Below are positions 61,957 through 64,000 of a stretch of 64,000 bases of DNA, piece by piece. The notes below the pieces were generated by a model, which saw nothing but the letters and a program-made list of their open reading frames with translations, ran no database searches and was not told where the DNA came from. The position numbers and the translations under genes are program-made. Each line of letters starts with the position of its first letter. The first letter of the stretch is position 1. Source of the DNA: Macrostomum lignano (Eukaryota); the NCBI GenBank assembly GCA_002269645.1, contig NIVC01001035.1, forward strand, positions 214,434 through 278,433, written 5' to 3'.

Positions 61957-64000
61957 TCACTCTCGGTCGAAGTCTCTCAGCAGCAGCAGCAGCGGCGGCT
62001 GCGGGGGCGGCCGGACGCGGCAGGCGCGGGCGAACAGCTGGCACCAGGCCAGCAGCCAGCAGGGAGCAGCATCAGACAGTTCAGCCGGTAGGTGAAGCTG
62101 CCCAACAGCTGGCCTTCAACGTAGCCCTGCAGAGCGCCGTACTCGGCGCAGGTCCACGCCGACACTAAGCTTCTGGCTCCGCCGGCGCATAGCAACCGCC
62201 TAGCAACAGGCCGATTGGCGAAGCAGCCGCCAAGGCGACGGCGCCGATGCCGAACCGAAGGACTGCCGGCAGTCTGTCGGCCCGGCAGCCAGCAGGCAGA
62301 CGGGTGCCAGGGGCAGGGCGGAGAGGAAGGCCAGGCCGAAGTTCACGCAGCGACACCGCGCCAAGGCTGAGGCCAGCGACAGGCAGGCAGCGAGGCGGAG
62401 CGCGCCAGGGTGGCAGGCGACGATCATGTTGGGGAACATCAGCGGAAAGGCGGCGGCCATCGCCTGCGGGAGGGCAGAGGTCAGCGGACTGAACTGCCTA
62501 ATTGATCTAACCGAACTGCCTAATTGATCTACCGAACTGCCTAATTGATCTTACCGAACTGCCTAATTGATGTACGTACCGAACTGCCTAATTGATGTAC
62601 CGAACTGCCTAATTAATGTACCGAACTGCCTAATTGATGTACGCCGAACTGCCTAATTGATGTACCGAACTGCCTAATTGATGTACGAACTGCCTAATTG
62701 GTAAACCAAACGGACTAATTGATGTACCGAACTGCCTAATAATGTACCGAACTGCCTAATTGATGTACCGAACTGCCTAATTGATGTACCGAACTGCCTA
62801 ATTGATGTACCGAACTGCCTAATTGATCTATTGAACTGCCTAATTGATGTACCGAACTGCCTAATTAATGTAGCCGATTTGCCTAATTGATCTATTGAAC
62901 TGCCTAATTGATTTACCGAACTGCCTAATTGGTACACCAAACGGACTAATTGATGTACCGAACTGCCTAATTTGATCTACGCGAACTGCCTAATTGGTAC
63001 ACCAACGGACTAATTGATGTACCGAACTGCCTAATTGATTTACCGAACTGCCTAATTGGTACACAACGGACTAATTGATGTACCGAACTGCCTAATTGAT
63101 CTGACCGAACTGCCTAATTGGTACACCAAACGGACTAATTGATGTACCGAACTGCCTAATTGATCTACCGAACTGCCTAATTGATCTACCGAACTGCCTA
63201 ATTGATCTACCGAACTGCCTAATTGGTACACCAAACGGACTAATTGATGTACGCGAACTGCCTAATTGATCTACCTAACTACCAGAAATATTACAGTGCA
63301 GTTATTTTACCCTCAATAAGTACCCCCAACTTATAAATTCCCTGCAATTTAGAAACTCCTTAGATTATATAAATTCCCACACCCCATAAATTGCCCACGC
63401 CCTATAGATTCCCGACATCCTATAAATTCCCACATCCCCATAAATTCCCCACATCCAAAAATTCCCACATACCATAAATTCCCCATCCCAAATTCCCCAC
63501 ATCCCATTAATTCCCCACATCCATAAATTCCCCACATCCCATAAATTCCCCACATCCCATAAATTCCTCACATCCCATAAATAAATTCCCCACAGCCCAT
63601 AAATTCCCCACACCCCACCGCACAGCCAGCAGGCCGATCAGCATGCCGGCGCCCGGGTCGATGCGGAAGGCGGCGGCGTCCTGATGAAGTAGGCCGTGCC
63701 ACCAACGCCAGCAGGCCGAAGCAGCCGCCATGACGCACAGCCGGGCCACCGGGCCGACCACGCCGCCGCCGGCGCTTTTCGGCTTTGTCGACGCGTCGCC
63801 ATCGCCGAAACCGACAACCAAAGAGTCGATAGCGGCGAGGGCGAGGCGAGCAGTACGACACCGAGTGGCGGGTGTAGTCGCCGATGCTCACGTACCGATC
63901 GATCGCCGGCAGGGCGTAGAAGAAAAAGGACTGGTGGAACCGCTCCTGCAGGTTGTTCAACGAGCGCCAGATCGCCTCCACGACGGCGCGCGGCCGTCCG
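61957..64000 (-). CDS. GPAA1: GPI transamidase subunit GPAA1/Gaa1, 3' exons (frameshifted as assembled; runs off window)
   Basis: EAIWRSLNNLQERFHQSFFFY.LP..DRYVSIGDY matches the GPAA1 motif LNHLLERLHQSFFLY..RFVSIG.Y. The exon at 62463-61957 has VNFGLAFL and ALQGYVEGQLLG..W resembling the C-terminal TM helices. Confidence 0.8.
62489..63275. repeat. 21-nt minisatellite (CCGAACTGCCTAATTGATGTA) with variant units, in a GPAA1 intron
   Basis: Directly visible, with an interspersed variant containing GGTACACCAAACGGACTAATT. Confidence 0.95.
63365..63618. repeat. About 18-nt minisatellite (ATAAATTCCCCACATCCC)
   Basis: Directly visible. Confidence 0.9.

Noticed and set aside
62489-63275. CRISPR array
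   Set aside because: Units are contiguous with no unique spacers, there are no cas genes, and the context is a eukaryotic intron.

Overview
This is eukaryotic (metazoan) genomic DNA: GC-rich exons, AT-rich introns and spacers, spliceosomal introns, SINEs, LINEs and microsatellites. An invertebrate such as a free-living flatworm is plausible but not provable from this window. The dominant structure is hidden by the ORF track. It is a tandem array of 11 two-exon genes plus one pseudogene, each joining an LRAT/PLAAT (permuted NlpC/P60, H-H-NCEHF) domain through a conserved phase-2 intron to a UBR-box-like zinc finger. Each apparent LRAT stop codon lies in the GT donor, and every spliced join is in frame. 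All 11 proteins start Met-Cys, and their UBR pocket residues are diversified. Within and around the array are a caspase-fold protein lacking its catalytic Cys (QACRG replaced by QTSQK), a 3-exon gene of about 1109 aa with 13 ankyrin repeats plus a Mab-21/cGAS-like nucleotidyltransferase, and a zinc-ribbon+LRAT gene with a GC-AG intron. Together these suggest a rapidly evolving innate-immunity-like locus (inference). The distal part holds a fibrinogen-domain gene, an intronless class A GPCR, a small secreted NPY-like amidated peptide precursor, an RNF217-like RBR E3 ligase with a duplicated IBR-RING2, a CEP164-like WW exon and the 3' part of GPAA1. Several 1-nt frameshifts after 54 kb look like assembly errors. 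No database searches could be run, so all novelty statements need checking.
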